Assembly (NCBI GenBank): GCA_019058315.1
Contig: JAHPZH010000001.1
Span: 945,432 to 1,009,431 of the forward strand
Length of the DNA: 64,000 nucleotides
DNA from: Candidatus Helarchaeota archaeon
GTDB lineage: Archaea; Asgardarchaeota; Lokiarchaeia; Helarchaeales; RDOG01
Reading direction: 5' to 3'
This document shows positions 19,232-28,006 of the stretch, one piece after another. The position numbers and the translations under genes were made by a program. Position 1 is the stretch's first letter. Each line of letters begins with the position of its first letter. The notes under the pieces were generated by a model. It saw only the letters and a list, made by a program, of their open reading frames with translations, was not told where the DNA came from and made no database searches.

Positions 19232-19259
19232 AATTTTAAATATTGAAATATTTAAAATT
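19232..19259. promoter_or_regulatory. Perfect 13-bp inverted repeat in a divergent promoter region
   Basis: AATTTTAAATATT-GA-AATATTTAAAATT; each arm contains TATA-like TTTAAATA, in opposite orientations. Confidence 0.55.
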
Positions 19260-19303
19260 TCAGTTTAAATAAAAATATTATATGTTAAAAAAAAGTATTT
19301 GAT

Positions 19304-20131
19304 ATGGTTATTATGCAAAGATTATTAAATAAAGTAGCTTTAATAACGGGCGGTGCTTCGGGTATTGGACATGGAATTGCAAGAAAATTTGCACAAGAAG
19401 GTGCCGATATAATTATTTCTGATATTTTTTTACGCTCTCCTGACGAAGTTGAAAAAATAAAAGCTGAACTTAAATCCGAAATAAAATCTTTTGGTCGGGA
19501 TGCTTTAATTTTAAAGGTTGATGTAACAAACAGTGATCAAGTTCAAGAAATGGTAAAACAATCAATTGAAAAATTCAATAAAATTGATATTTTGATAAAT
19601 AATGCGGGTATAATGCCTCCATCAGCGTTAAGAAGTATTACACATATAAAAGAAGAAGATTGGAAACGTATACTTGACGTCAACTTGAATGGTGTCTTTC
19701 TTTGTTCGAAATATGTGGCTAAAAAAATGATTAAACAAAAGGATAAATCAAATCCTAATAAAATTCGAGGTAGAATAATCAGTATGTCCTCTGTTGAAGG
19801 CCGACAAGGTCAACCATTAATGGGTCCTTATTGTGTTTCAAAATCTGGTGTAATTTCTTTAACTCAGACCTTAGCCAAAGAATTAGGATCAAAACATATT
19901 TTGGTAAATGCAATCTGCCCTGGTTTGGTGAAAACTCCATTATTAGGTCCACTTGCGGATATGTATCTTGATGAAAAAGTTCTTAATGATCAATTCAAGT
20001 TAGTACCTATTATTGACCGTTATGCATTACCTGAAGATATAGCAAAGATGGCAACTTTTCTAGCATCAGACGAATCTAGCTATATTACAGGACAGGCAAT
20101 TAATGTTTGTGGAGGAATGCAATTCTATTGA
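19304..20131 (+). CDS. Short-chain dehydrogenase/reductase (FabG-like)
   Basis: TGGASGIG, NNAG, YCVSK, VNAICPG, YITGQ. Confidence 0.95.
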   Translation: MVIMQRLLNKVALITGGASGIGHGIARKFAQEGADIIISDIFLRSPDEVEKIKAELKSEIKSFGRDALILKVDVTNSDQVQEMVKQSIEKFNKIDILINNAGIMPPSALRSITHIKEEDWKRILDVNLNGVFLCSKYVAKKMIKQKDKSNPNKIRGRIISMSSVEGRQGQPLMGPYCVSKSGVISLTQTLAKELGSKHILVNAICPGLVKTPLLGPLADMYLDEKVLNDQFKLVPIIDRYALPEDIAKMATFLASDESSYITGQAINVCGGMQFY

Positions 20132-20165
20132 TTGCATTTTTTAATGTTCAAATTAAATTTTTTAG

Positions 20166-21305
20166 ATGATTTGTATGGCTGAAACGGATTATTACGAGTT
20201 GGTAAGAGAAAAATTAACACTTGGTCCTATATTCGCTCCAAAGCATGAAAAAACCATTGAAGTTATGAAAATCCTTTGGAATGAGGAAGAAATTAAAATT
20301 CTCTCCCATTTTCCTAAAGCTGGAAAGAATATTTCAATAAGAAAATTATCTGCAATAGAAGGAATGCCATCACCAGAAAAACTTAAGACAATTTTAAATA
20401 AACTATCAGAAAAAGGGACTATATCTCAAAGTGGAACACGCTTTGGATTAATTCCACTTGCCCCAGGTGTTTTTGAAAAATATTTTCTTGCTCAAAAAGA
20501 TTCAAAGGAAAATATGTCAAGAATAGCCGTTATATTTCGCCAATTTTTTGATGAAGTCATACCACAATTAGTACTTAAAAATGATTTTCAATTACTCCGT
20601 CCTCTACTTCCATATGAGTCCCAAAGTAAAAAATTAATTGAAATTGATAAAACAATTGAGCATAAAACTAAGGTGCTCCCCTTCGAATTAGTAGAAGAAT
20701 TAATCAATAAATATGATATATTTGCTGTTGTGCCTTGTCAATGTAGATTATTAGGTAAATATGCGGGTGAACCTTGTGAATTAGTCTCTGAAGAAGATGG
20801 ATGTTTATTTGGCGGAATTGCAGCTGAAGGTATTTTAAGCACGGGACAAGGAAGAAAACTAAATAGAGAAGAAGCAATTGAATACGTTAAGAAATGTGAA
20901 AAAGCAGGTCTTGTTCATAATACTGTAGATGATATTTCTGGGGAATCTCAATTATTTATTTGTAACTGCTGCAGTTGCCATTGTGGAGTTTTATATCCTG
21001 CAAAGAAACACAGAGTTAAATCTTTAAGCCCTAGTAATTTTTCACCAATAATTAACAATGAACTCTGTGTAAAATGTGAAATATGCATGGAAAAATGTCC
21101 TATGGGTGCAATTTATCATATTTATCCCAATAAAACCGACTCATCAGATGAACATATGTTAATCAGGAAAGATTTTTGTATTGGATGCGGAGTATGTGCT
21201 ATTAACTGCCCTAACAATGCGATAGTCCTTGAAAAAACTAAGGATGACGTTCCTCAGAAAAAATTAACATTTGAAAATAAGAGTTTCTTAGAATTATTCT
21301 TGTAA
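20166..21305 (+). CDS. 4Fe-4S dicluster protein (same family as 8173..9297)
   Basis: CQCR, ICNCCSCHC, CVKCEICxxxCP, CIGCGVCxxxCP. Confidence 0.9.
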   Translation: MICMAETDYYELVREKLTLGPIFAPKHEKTIEVMKILWNEEEIKILSHFPKAGKNISIRKLSAIEGMPSPEKLKTILNKLSEKGTISQSGTRFGLIPLAPGVFEKYFLAQKDSKENMSRIAVIFRQFFDEVIPQLVLKNDFQLLRPLLPYESQSKKLIEIDKTIEHKTKVLPFELVEELINKYDIFAVVPCQCRLLGKYAGEPCELVSEEDGCLFGGIAAEGILSTGQGRKLNREEAIEYVKKCEKAGLVHNTVDDISGESQLFICNCCSCHCGVLYPAKKHRVKSLSPSNFSPIINNELCVKCEICMEKCPMGAIYHIYPNKTDSSDEHMLIRKDFCIGCGVCAINCPNNAIVLEKTKDDVPQKKLTFENKSFLELFL

Positions 21306-21425
21306 AAAAAGATAGATATTAAAAATGGACAAAAATTAAATATGGGAAAATAAAAAAAATGGAATTTTGTTTTCATTAATACAACATCATAAGAAAAAAA
21401 AAAATGGTAATTTAAACAATTTATT

Positions 21426-22451
21426 TTAAGCTGTTTTTGGAGTTTGAGGTTCACTTTTATAATTTATAATTCTATTTGTTTCAGGAACTATGATATTTTT
21501 TTTTAATTTTGTTTGTTGGTAATTAGAAAGATCAGTTTTTAAAGTTTCTGCAATTTCTCCTAGTTTACTAGATGTAGCTGAAATTTCTTCTATTGATGCT
21601 ATTTGTTCTTCAATAGAAGATGTTATTTCCTCCATAGAACTTGAGTTTTGTTCACTTAAAGCTAAAACTGATTGAATTTCATTTGTAATATTTCCAATAA
21701 GCATTACTGTTTTTTCAATTTGTTCTATAATATCCTTTATTCGATTTGAAGAATTGAGAACAGATTTTTTAGATTCTTCAGCGAGCTTACGGACTTCATC
21801 TGCAACAACTGCAAAGCCTCTACCATGTTCTCCTGCGCGTCCAGCTTCAATACTTGCATTTAATGCTAATAAATTTGTTTGTTCCGAAATATTTGTGATT
21901 ATATTCATAATATTACGAATCTCATCTGAAGAAATTAAGACATTATTTGCTTGCAGTTCTATATCTTTTGCCATAGTGTTAATATTTGTAATTTGTTTTA
22001 CTGTACTTTGAGTATTCAAGTTAATTTCTTGTGAAGTTGCACCGATTTCTTCCGAAGATGCATTGACCTCACTTGCACTAGCTGCTAATTCGGTTGCCAT
22101 ATTTGCTACATTTATTGAAATCTGCATTGAACTCTCTTGTCTGTTACTAAGCTCATTTTTCTGATTCCGAACTACATTCCAAATATAATTAGAGGTCCAA
22201 AATACCAAAATAGCACCACTAGGAATAATAAATAAGACAGAAATCAAACTATTCTGAAAAATGCCTAAAATTAAAAACACACATTCACTAAATAATATCA
22301 CATTCAACCACGTAAAGGCAGCTACCTTAAACTCCAGCAAACCTTGATCCCTTCCTGATCGGAGATAGAAAAAGATTATTACTATTGCTGCCATTAAGCC
22401 TGCTATTAACATTTCGTACGGGATTGGAATCGATAACGCATTTTCTTCCAC
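21426..22451 (-). CDS. Methyl-accepting chemotaxis-like protein
   Basis: [40 protein letters not shown] signalling hairpin; about three N-terminal TMs. Confidence 0.92.
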   Translation of the reverse strand: MEENALSIPIPYEMLIAGLMAAIVIIFFYLRSGRDQGLLEFKVAAFTWLNVILFSECVFLILGIFQNSLISVLFIIPSGAILVFWTSNYIWNVVRNQKNELSNRQESSMQISINVANMATELAASASEVNASSEEIGATSQEINLNTQSTVKQITNINTMAKDIELQANNVLISSDEIRNIMNIITNISEQTNLLALNASIEAGRAGEHGRGFAVVADEVRKLAEESKKSVLNSSNRIKDIIEQIEKTVMLIGNITNEIQSVLALSEQNSSSMEEITSSIEEQIASIEEISATSSKLGEIAETLKTDLSNYQQTKLKKNIIVPETNRIINYKSEPQTPKTA

Positions 22452-22911
22452 TATTCTCCACCAACTTCTAATAATTTATGGTCTTTTTGAATTTATTATT
22501 TGTCAAATTTCTTTATTATGAATTGTTAGCATTATTTAAAGATTAAAGTAAAGCTCGATTGAGTGGAATATTAGTCTAAAGTCAATTGAATTTTATTTAA
22601 AATATTACAATTAAAAATTGTTAAACTATTAAGTATGAATGAGAGATTGTGTATAGATACAATCCTTAAAATATAAAACAAAGACATTGAAATTGGTAAA
22701 CAGCATTTAAGCAAATTAAATATAATTTATTAAACTTTAATTTTGTATTTCTTAATATTTTAAACGCAAACGAAAATTTAAAGCTTTATAGTTAATTAAT
22801 TAATTTTTAAATTTCATATAATGCTTTAACTTTAGGAGCTTCTATTATTTTTCCATGAAAATCTTTCATTTCGCTTATTTTTGAAGGTTCGCAAATTCAT
22901 AATTCATTAAA

Positions 22912-23874
22912 TTATTTAAAAAGCTTAAGAAAATCTGGATTTTTCCATAATTTTTTAAAATATTTAGAAGTTTTAATACTTTCAAATGCAGGGTGCCCTG
23001 TTCTTTTAGCTTGTTTCAGATAGTAAATTACATTATCTATTTCATCTTTTTTCAAGTAGTACCATGCAATATTTTCAAAAATAACTGGATGTATTTTATC
23101 TATTTTGTCAAAGGCTTCAGTTATGATTTCTTCGAGAGTTTCATCAATTTTATCAGCAACTATGTAAGCATCTGTCATATTTACATAAAGTGTAGGAATA
23201 ATTTCACGATCTTCTTTATTCCAATAGTCTTTCGTTAATTTTAAGGCTATATCACTTGCTTCTTTTGTTTCTTTTCTGTTTAACGCATAAATTACATTGG
23301 ATAGTGAATATGGATTATTTAAGATTTTATCATTTTTTAAACATATATCAACGTATTTATCTATAATATCTTGCTTGCCTAAGGGAAATGCAGCATAAAA
23401 AATACCCGTAATGTACATCGGTGTGTATTTTGGGTGAAAAGGTTTTTGTTCGACTCCTTTTCCAAATACATTTATTGCTTCTTTCAATTTTTTCTTGTAT
23501 GAATAAATAACTCCCAAGATATTATATAATTCATGAGGACAATTAGGTAAATCGAAGGCTAGCTCCATAATTTGTGTCCCTAACTTTAAATTTGATTTAC
23601 TAGATTCTTTTACAACACTATAATAATCTTGAGTTATTATTTGTACATTCGCTACATTTTTACCAATTTTATATAATTCTTCAGCTCTCTCATCAAGAGG
23701 AATATCCTTAATATATTCTTTTATATATTGAATTGGATCCTTCAATTTTTTAATTTCTTCGACACTTTTTAATTTCATTTTTATTTTCCCTTTTTTTGTA
23801 ACTTTCTTCACTTTTTTAGTGACTTTCTTTCCTTTTTTTGAAATTTTCTTTTTACTTTTTGTAATTTTATTCAT
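22912..23874 (-). CDS. TPR-like protein with a Lys-rich heptad leader
   Basis: LYNILGVIYSY...EAINVFGKG and ENIAWYY...YYLKQA TPR-like helices; GGAGG SD. Confidence 0.75.
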   Translation of the reverse strand: MNKITKSKKKISKKGKKVTKKVKKVTKKGKIKMKLKSVEEIKKLKDPIQYIKEYIKDIPLDERAEELYKIGKNVANVQIITQDYYSVVKESSKSNLKLGTQIMELAFDLPNCPHELYNILGVIYSYKKKLKEAINVFGKGVEQKPFHPKYTPMYITGIFYAAFPLGKQDIIDKYVDICLKNDKILNNPYSLSNVIYALNRKETKEASDIALKLTKDYWNKEDREIIPTLYVNMTDAYIVADKIDETLEEIITEAFDKIDKIHPVIFENIAWYYLKKDEIDNVIYYLKQAKRTGHPAFESIKTSKYFKKLWKNPDFLKLFK

Positions 23875-23899
23875 CCTCCTATTTCATAGATCATTAATC

Positions 23900-25342
23900 T
23901 CATGTTGTTACATCACAACCTTTCTTCTTCAAGTCTGATATCCATTTTTTTATCTTGCTCGGCAACTTGCTTGTTGACATGAGTGGAGTAGATCGTAAAT
24001 TCAATTGTTTAAGTGAGGTTAAATTACCAATTGACTCTGGGAGTTTAGATAAATTTTTATTATATTTTAGGTGAAGATGTGTAAGGTTAGTAAGATTTCC
24101 AATAGAATCAGGAAGATTGGTTAATTGGTTGGAAGATAAATCGAGTCCTTGAAGTGAATTTAAATTACCTATTTCCTCGGGAAGTGTAGTTAATTTGTTA
24201 CTCTCTAAACTCAACATTCGAAGTAAAGGTAAATCGCCAATCGTCTTAGGTAGAGAAGTCAATTCGTTATTCTTCAGTATTAGTATTTCAATCGCCTTTA
24301 GATTCCCAATCTCATTAGGAAGAGTAGATAATTTATTATTCTCAAGCCCTAATAGCTTAAGGGATTTTAAACCACCTATTGACTTTGGTAGACTCTCTAA
24401 ATGATTATTGTCTAAAAAGCATTCTTTCATATTCTCTAAATTACCAAATGACTCTGGAAGTTCTGTTACATAATTTTGTTGTATATCGAATAAATAAAGG
24501 TCCTTTAAATTTCCAATTACATCAGGAAGTGCGCTCAATCCCCTTCCTGCCAATCCAACTCCATTTACATGCTCTTTTTTTATCATTATTCCAACCATAC
24601 CCGCCTCGATGAACTCAACAACATTTAGTTCTCTCCTAATTAAATCTTCTAACACTTCAATTACTTCAATTTCATAAGCGGGTAATTTTATTCCACGAAA
24701 ATCTTTCATATCTTTTATTAATTCTTTTTCTTTAATCTCAGATATTAAAATTTCTCCATTCACATTTTTAGGGGGTTTAGCGAAATTTTGACTTTTTAGC
24801 ACCTTAATTACATCCGGGAATTTTTTCCTATCATTCTTACAAACTACACTAAACAATATATATGGCCCAATAAAACATCTCTTTAAACTAGTTTCGTATT
24901 CTTTATTGTTTTTAGGTATCATTTTATTCAATTGTTGGTCTAATGCCTCAAAGAATTTAGGAATCTTTTCCCAGCCATATTTCGGGTCAAATGTTATTTG
25001 AAAAGATTTTCCCTCAACAACATTCAATTTTATGATTCCCTTAAATGGAATGATTCCTTTAATTTCCATACGAGAATTTCCTTTAATTGCCAACGATCCT
25101 TTCTTATACAATTCAATATAACTATCATAAATACTGAAATTGAGCTCTGTAGGGGGAAAAACAAACTTTATATTTTCTTTATCCTCTGCATCAGCTCCCA
25201 GAATCAATAACGCAGTGCCTTCTCTAAAAGTTATAAGAGGTGAATCTTTTTTTAAGACTTTCTTCTCTTTTTTTATCACTTTCTTTCCTTTTTTAGAGGT
25301 CTTTTTCTTTTTTTTTGTAACTTTCTTGCTTTTTTTTGGAAT
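23900..25342 (-). CDS. LRR protein with an N-terminal beta-rich domain and Lys-rich heptad leader (probable ATT start; ORF track starts at GTG 25279)
   Basis: About eight LRRs; frame stays open upstream as I-P-KKSKKVTKKKKKTSKKGKKV behind a GGGAG SD. Confidence 0.85.
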   Translation of the reverse strand: MPKKSKKVTKKKKKTSKKGKKVIKKEKKVLKKDSPLITFREGTALLILGADAEDKENIKFVFPPTELNFSIYDSYIELYKKGSLAIKGNSRMEIKGIIPFKGIIKLNVVEGKSFQITFDPKYGWEKIPKFFEALDQQLNKMIPKNNKEYETSLKRCFIGPYILFSVVCKNDRKKFPDVIKVLKSQNFAKPPKNVNGEILISEIKEKELIKDMKDFRGIKLPAYEIEVIEVLEDLIRRELNVVEFIEAGMVGIMIKKEHVNGVGLAGRGLSALPDVIGNLKDLYLFDIQQNYVTELPESFGNLENMKECFLDNNHLESLPKSIGGLKSLKLLGLENNKLSTLPNEIGNLKAIEILILKNNELTSLPKTIGDLPLLRMLSLESNKLTTLPEEIGNLNSLQGLDLSSNQLTNLPDSIGNLTNLTHLHLKYNKNLSKLPESIGNLTSLKQLNLRSTPLMSTSKLPSKIKKWISDLKKKGCDVTT

Positions 25343-25445
25343 TATAATCGTCTCCCAATTTAAACAATTAGTAATTATTAAATGGATATTGATTTAATCT
25401 TTTCCGAAAAAATAAAAATAAGTAAATTTTTTGTATAAAAAAAGT

Positions 25446-26240
25446 TTAGTCTTTAAATCCAGCTTCAAAATAACAAATAGAATTATCTTTTTGAATTTCT
25501 AAAACTCTTGTAAAAAGATTTTCTCCAAAATTTTCATGAAGTTTTTGTTCATAAAATCCTGAAATCATGTGATAAAAGAATTCGGTATTCTCAAAATCCA
25601 TCGTATATTTTATTCTGATAACTAATGAAGTGGCATTTAATGGAGGAGGAATGATTTCTGCATCAATTACCTTTCCAAACTGGTTAAAAACTTCGAAATG
25701 CTGCAGACATACCTTGCCGATTTGAATTAAATAAGCTCTTTTATCTTTTTCTGGATTTGTTTTAGCTGAAATCTCTACAATTGGCCAATCAATAGTTTTA
25801 CTCATCTGCCGACCAATTTCTTTTATTAGTTCTTCTAAATTTGTATGAAGAGGCGAAAATACTTTTTCAAATGCTTTAAAAAAACTGATCATAAAATCGT
25901 TAGCGAAAAATCCCACTCTATTTAAAATATCTCTAGAGCTATCTTGTATCTTATCACGTTTAATTAAACATATATTAGATCGTCCTATTTCCATTATTAA
26001 TATTTTATCTTCCTTCTTTAAAGCTTCTATATATTTTTTCACAGTATTTCTACTTAGCCCAAGACGTTCAGCAATTTGGGTATAATTTAAACCAAATTTA
26101 GCATTATCTAATAGAGTTAAAATATTTTTCCTAATACTTTTTCCGCCTCTCTTCTTTAAAAATTCAGTTTTAATATGTTTTTGGTTATTTTGAATTGACA
26201 ATTTAATCAAATCTTCATATATATTAATTTTCTTTTTCAA
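25446..26240 (-). CDS. HTH transcriptional regulator with a C-terminal V4R/HNOB-like ligand domain
   Basis: LNYTQIAERLGLSRNTVKKYI HTH; IKEIGRQM...FYHMISGFYE...CYFE V4R-like pattern; divergent from a catabolic operon. Confidence 0.75.
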   Translation of the reverse strand: MKKKINIYEDLIKLSIQNNQKHIKTEFLKKRGGKSIRKNILTLLDNAKFGLNYTQIAERLGLSRNTVKKYIEALKKEDKILIMEIGRSNICLIKRDKIQDSSRDILNRVGFFANDFMISFFKAFEKVFSPLHTNLEELIKEIGRQMSKTIDWPIVEISAKTNPEKDKRAYLIQIGKVCLQHFEVFNQFGKVIDAEIIPPPLNATSLVIRIKYTMDFENTEFFYHMISGFYEQKLHENFGENLFTRVLEIQKDNSICYFEAGFKD

Positions 26241-26280
26241 TAATTTTTAATCAAAAAGTTTATAATTTAATTTTGCCCAC

Positions 26281-26313
26281 ATTGATCAAAAAAATGCCGA
26301 TATTGATCAAAAA
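26281..26313. promoter_or_regulatory. Putative operator: two ATTGATCAAAAA direct repeats with a 21-bp period
   Basis: Each copy holds the palindrome TTGATCAA (26282-26289, 26303-26310), between the regulator and the operon. Confidence 0.6.
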
Positions 26314-26429
26314 TATATTGTTAAAAATTTATTAATAACTCTTTGCATTAGTTTGTCTAAATCATAATTATTGAATAATTCAATATTCGGAAAAAAATAG
26401 AGAGGTTAGAACATAGGATGTGATAATAA

Positions 26430-27989
26430 ATGTCCAAAGTGAAAAGTTTATATGATGAATCGAAAGTTAAAAGTGCATATAAAGAAATTGAGGATATTAT
26501 CGGATCAGACTATATTACCGATAAAGATTTTATGAAAGCTGCTTATTCTAGAAATGTCGACCCAGCATTTCCTGATAGATGGGCCGATATGATTGTTAGA
26601 CCAGAAACTTCAGAAGAAATTTCTGGAATTGTAAAAGTGGCTAATAAATATAAAATACATATGGTTCCTAGAGGCGGAGGCGCAGATTTAGTTGGTGGCT
26701 CTGTTACTCAAAGTGGAATACTTTTAGATCTTACAAGAATAAATCAGATTTTTGAAGTCAGTGAAACTGATTTTTATGCTGTGGTAGGATGTGGAATAAC
26801 TTGGGGGATATTGGTTTCAGAATTACAGAAAAAAGGTTTAACTACTGGAGTTTTAGGACCAGGAAGCGGATATTCAGCAACCATTGGCGGAGGATTATCA
26901 AATAGTACTGCTGGATTTGGTTCTACAAAATATGGTCTAGTTCCAGATATATGTTTAGGTGTCGAAGTAGTTTTACCTAACCCAAAAGGAACAATTCTAA
27001 GAACTGGGGCTGCAGCTAATAAATATGCACGGCCATTTTGTAGATATGGAGTTGCACCTGACTTTACAGGACTTTTTATGGGTGATGTTGGAACTTTAGG
27101 TATTAAATCAAAGGCTTTCTTAAAATTATCTCCTGACGCTCCATATAAAACTCGAAGAGATTTTATGCTTAAAAATGATGATTACGATCTAACAACTAAG
27201 TTAATGCACCGTTTACAGACTGAAATACGGGAAGGTTTAACTGATTTATTGGTTGTTCCATCTGTTATAGTAGATCTCAAAAGCCTTGTGCCAAAGGAAA
27301 GAGCCCCAGATAAAAAACCAGAGATAACAGGACCTATATTCCAAGTTGGGTTAGAAGCATTCGATGAACGGATATTAGATATATATATTGAAAAGGCTAA
27401 GGAAATCTTAAAAAATGATAGCAGACCTTTTGAATGGCAAGAAATAGATTTGGCTGAACCTTTAGCTAAGGATTTTGAATTCAACCTTAAATATGCCTTT
27501 AATTATTTTAATCAATACATTTCTCCGAGTCCACCATTAGTCGCTTGCACCACATGCCATAAAGTGCCTATTTCACACATTTCGGAAGCTAAAAGAAAGG
27601 CGGATGAGTATGCAATAAAAGCTGAAGAAAAATTTGGTGTAGGAAGTGCTGGGATGTTTGCTACTGTCATTTTTACCTTACCTAATGGTCATTGTGTAAT
27701 AGTAGGCGGTCTGAGTGGTGAAAATGTTGATGAAAAAAGACAAGCTTCAATGGAAGCTTGGCATAGCAAAATAAGAAATCAAGTAAAATATGGAGGCGTA
27801 CATTATTGGCTCGGCGAGTCAATTTCCCAATCAATTGTCGAAGCAGATGCATATTCTCCAGACTTTATCCAGTTTTTCAAAGATATAAAGAAAACTGTTG
27901 ATCCAAATTTCCTCTTGAGTCCAAAAAAATTTCATTTATACAGTTATGAAGATGATTATACTAAATACATAGTAAAAGATGAGGAATAA
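26430..27989 (+). CDS. FAD-binding oxidoreductase (GlcD/D-lactate dehydrogenase/VAO superfamily), copy 1
   Basis: IVRPET, PRGGG, ATIGG, GxxGTLGI, VDPxFLLSP. Confidence 0.88.
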   Translation: MSKVKSLYDESKVKSAYKEIEDIIGSDYITDKDFMKAAYSRNVDPAFPDRWADMIVRPETSEEISGIVKVANKYKIHMVPRGGGADLVGGSVTQSGILLDLTRINQIFEVSETDFYAVVGCGITWGILVSELQKKGLTTGVLGPGSGYSATIGGGLSNSTAGFGSTKYGLVPDICLGVEVVLPNPKGTILRTGAAANKYARPFCRYGVAPDFTGLFMGDVGTLGIKSKAFLKLSPDAPYKTRRDFMLKNDDYDLTTKLMHRLQTEIREGLTDLLVVPSVIVDLKSLVPKERAPDKKPEITGPIFQVGLEAFDERILDIYIEKAKEILKNDSRPFEWQEIDLAEPLAKDFEFNLKYAFNYFNQYISPSPPLVACTTCHKVPISHISEAKRKADEYAIKAEEKFGVGSAGMFATVIFTLPNGHCVIVGGLSGENVDEKRQASMEAWHSKIRNQVKYGGVHYWLGESISQSIVEADAYSPDFIQFFKDIKKTVDPNFLLSPKKFHLYSYEDDYTKYIVKDEE

Positions 27990-28006
27990 TTTGAGAATGA
28001 AATATT

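Noticed and set aside
22452-22911. 460-bp AT-rich intergenic gap as an ncRNA or CRISPR array
   Set aside because: No spaced repeats, GC-rich stems, tRNA-like fold or credible ORF seen.
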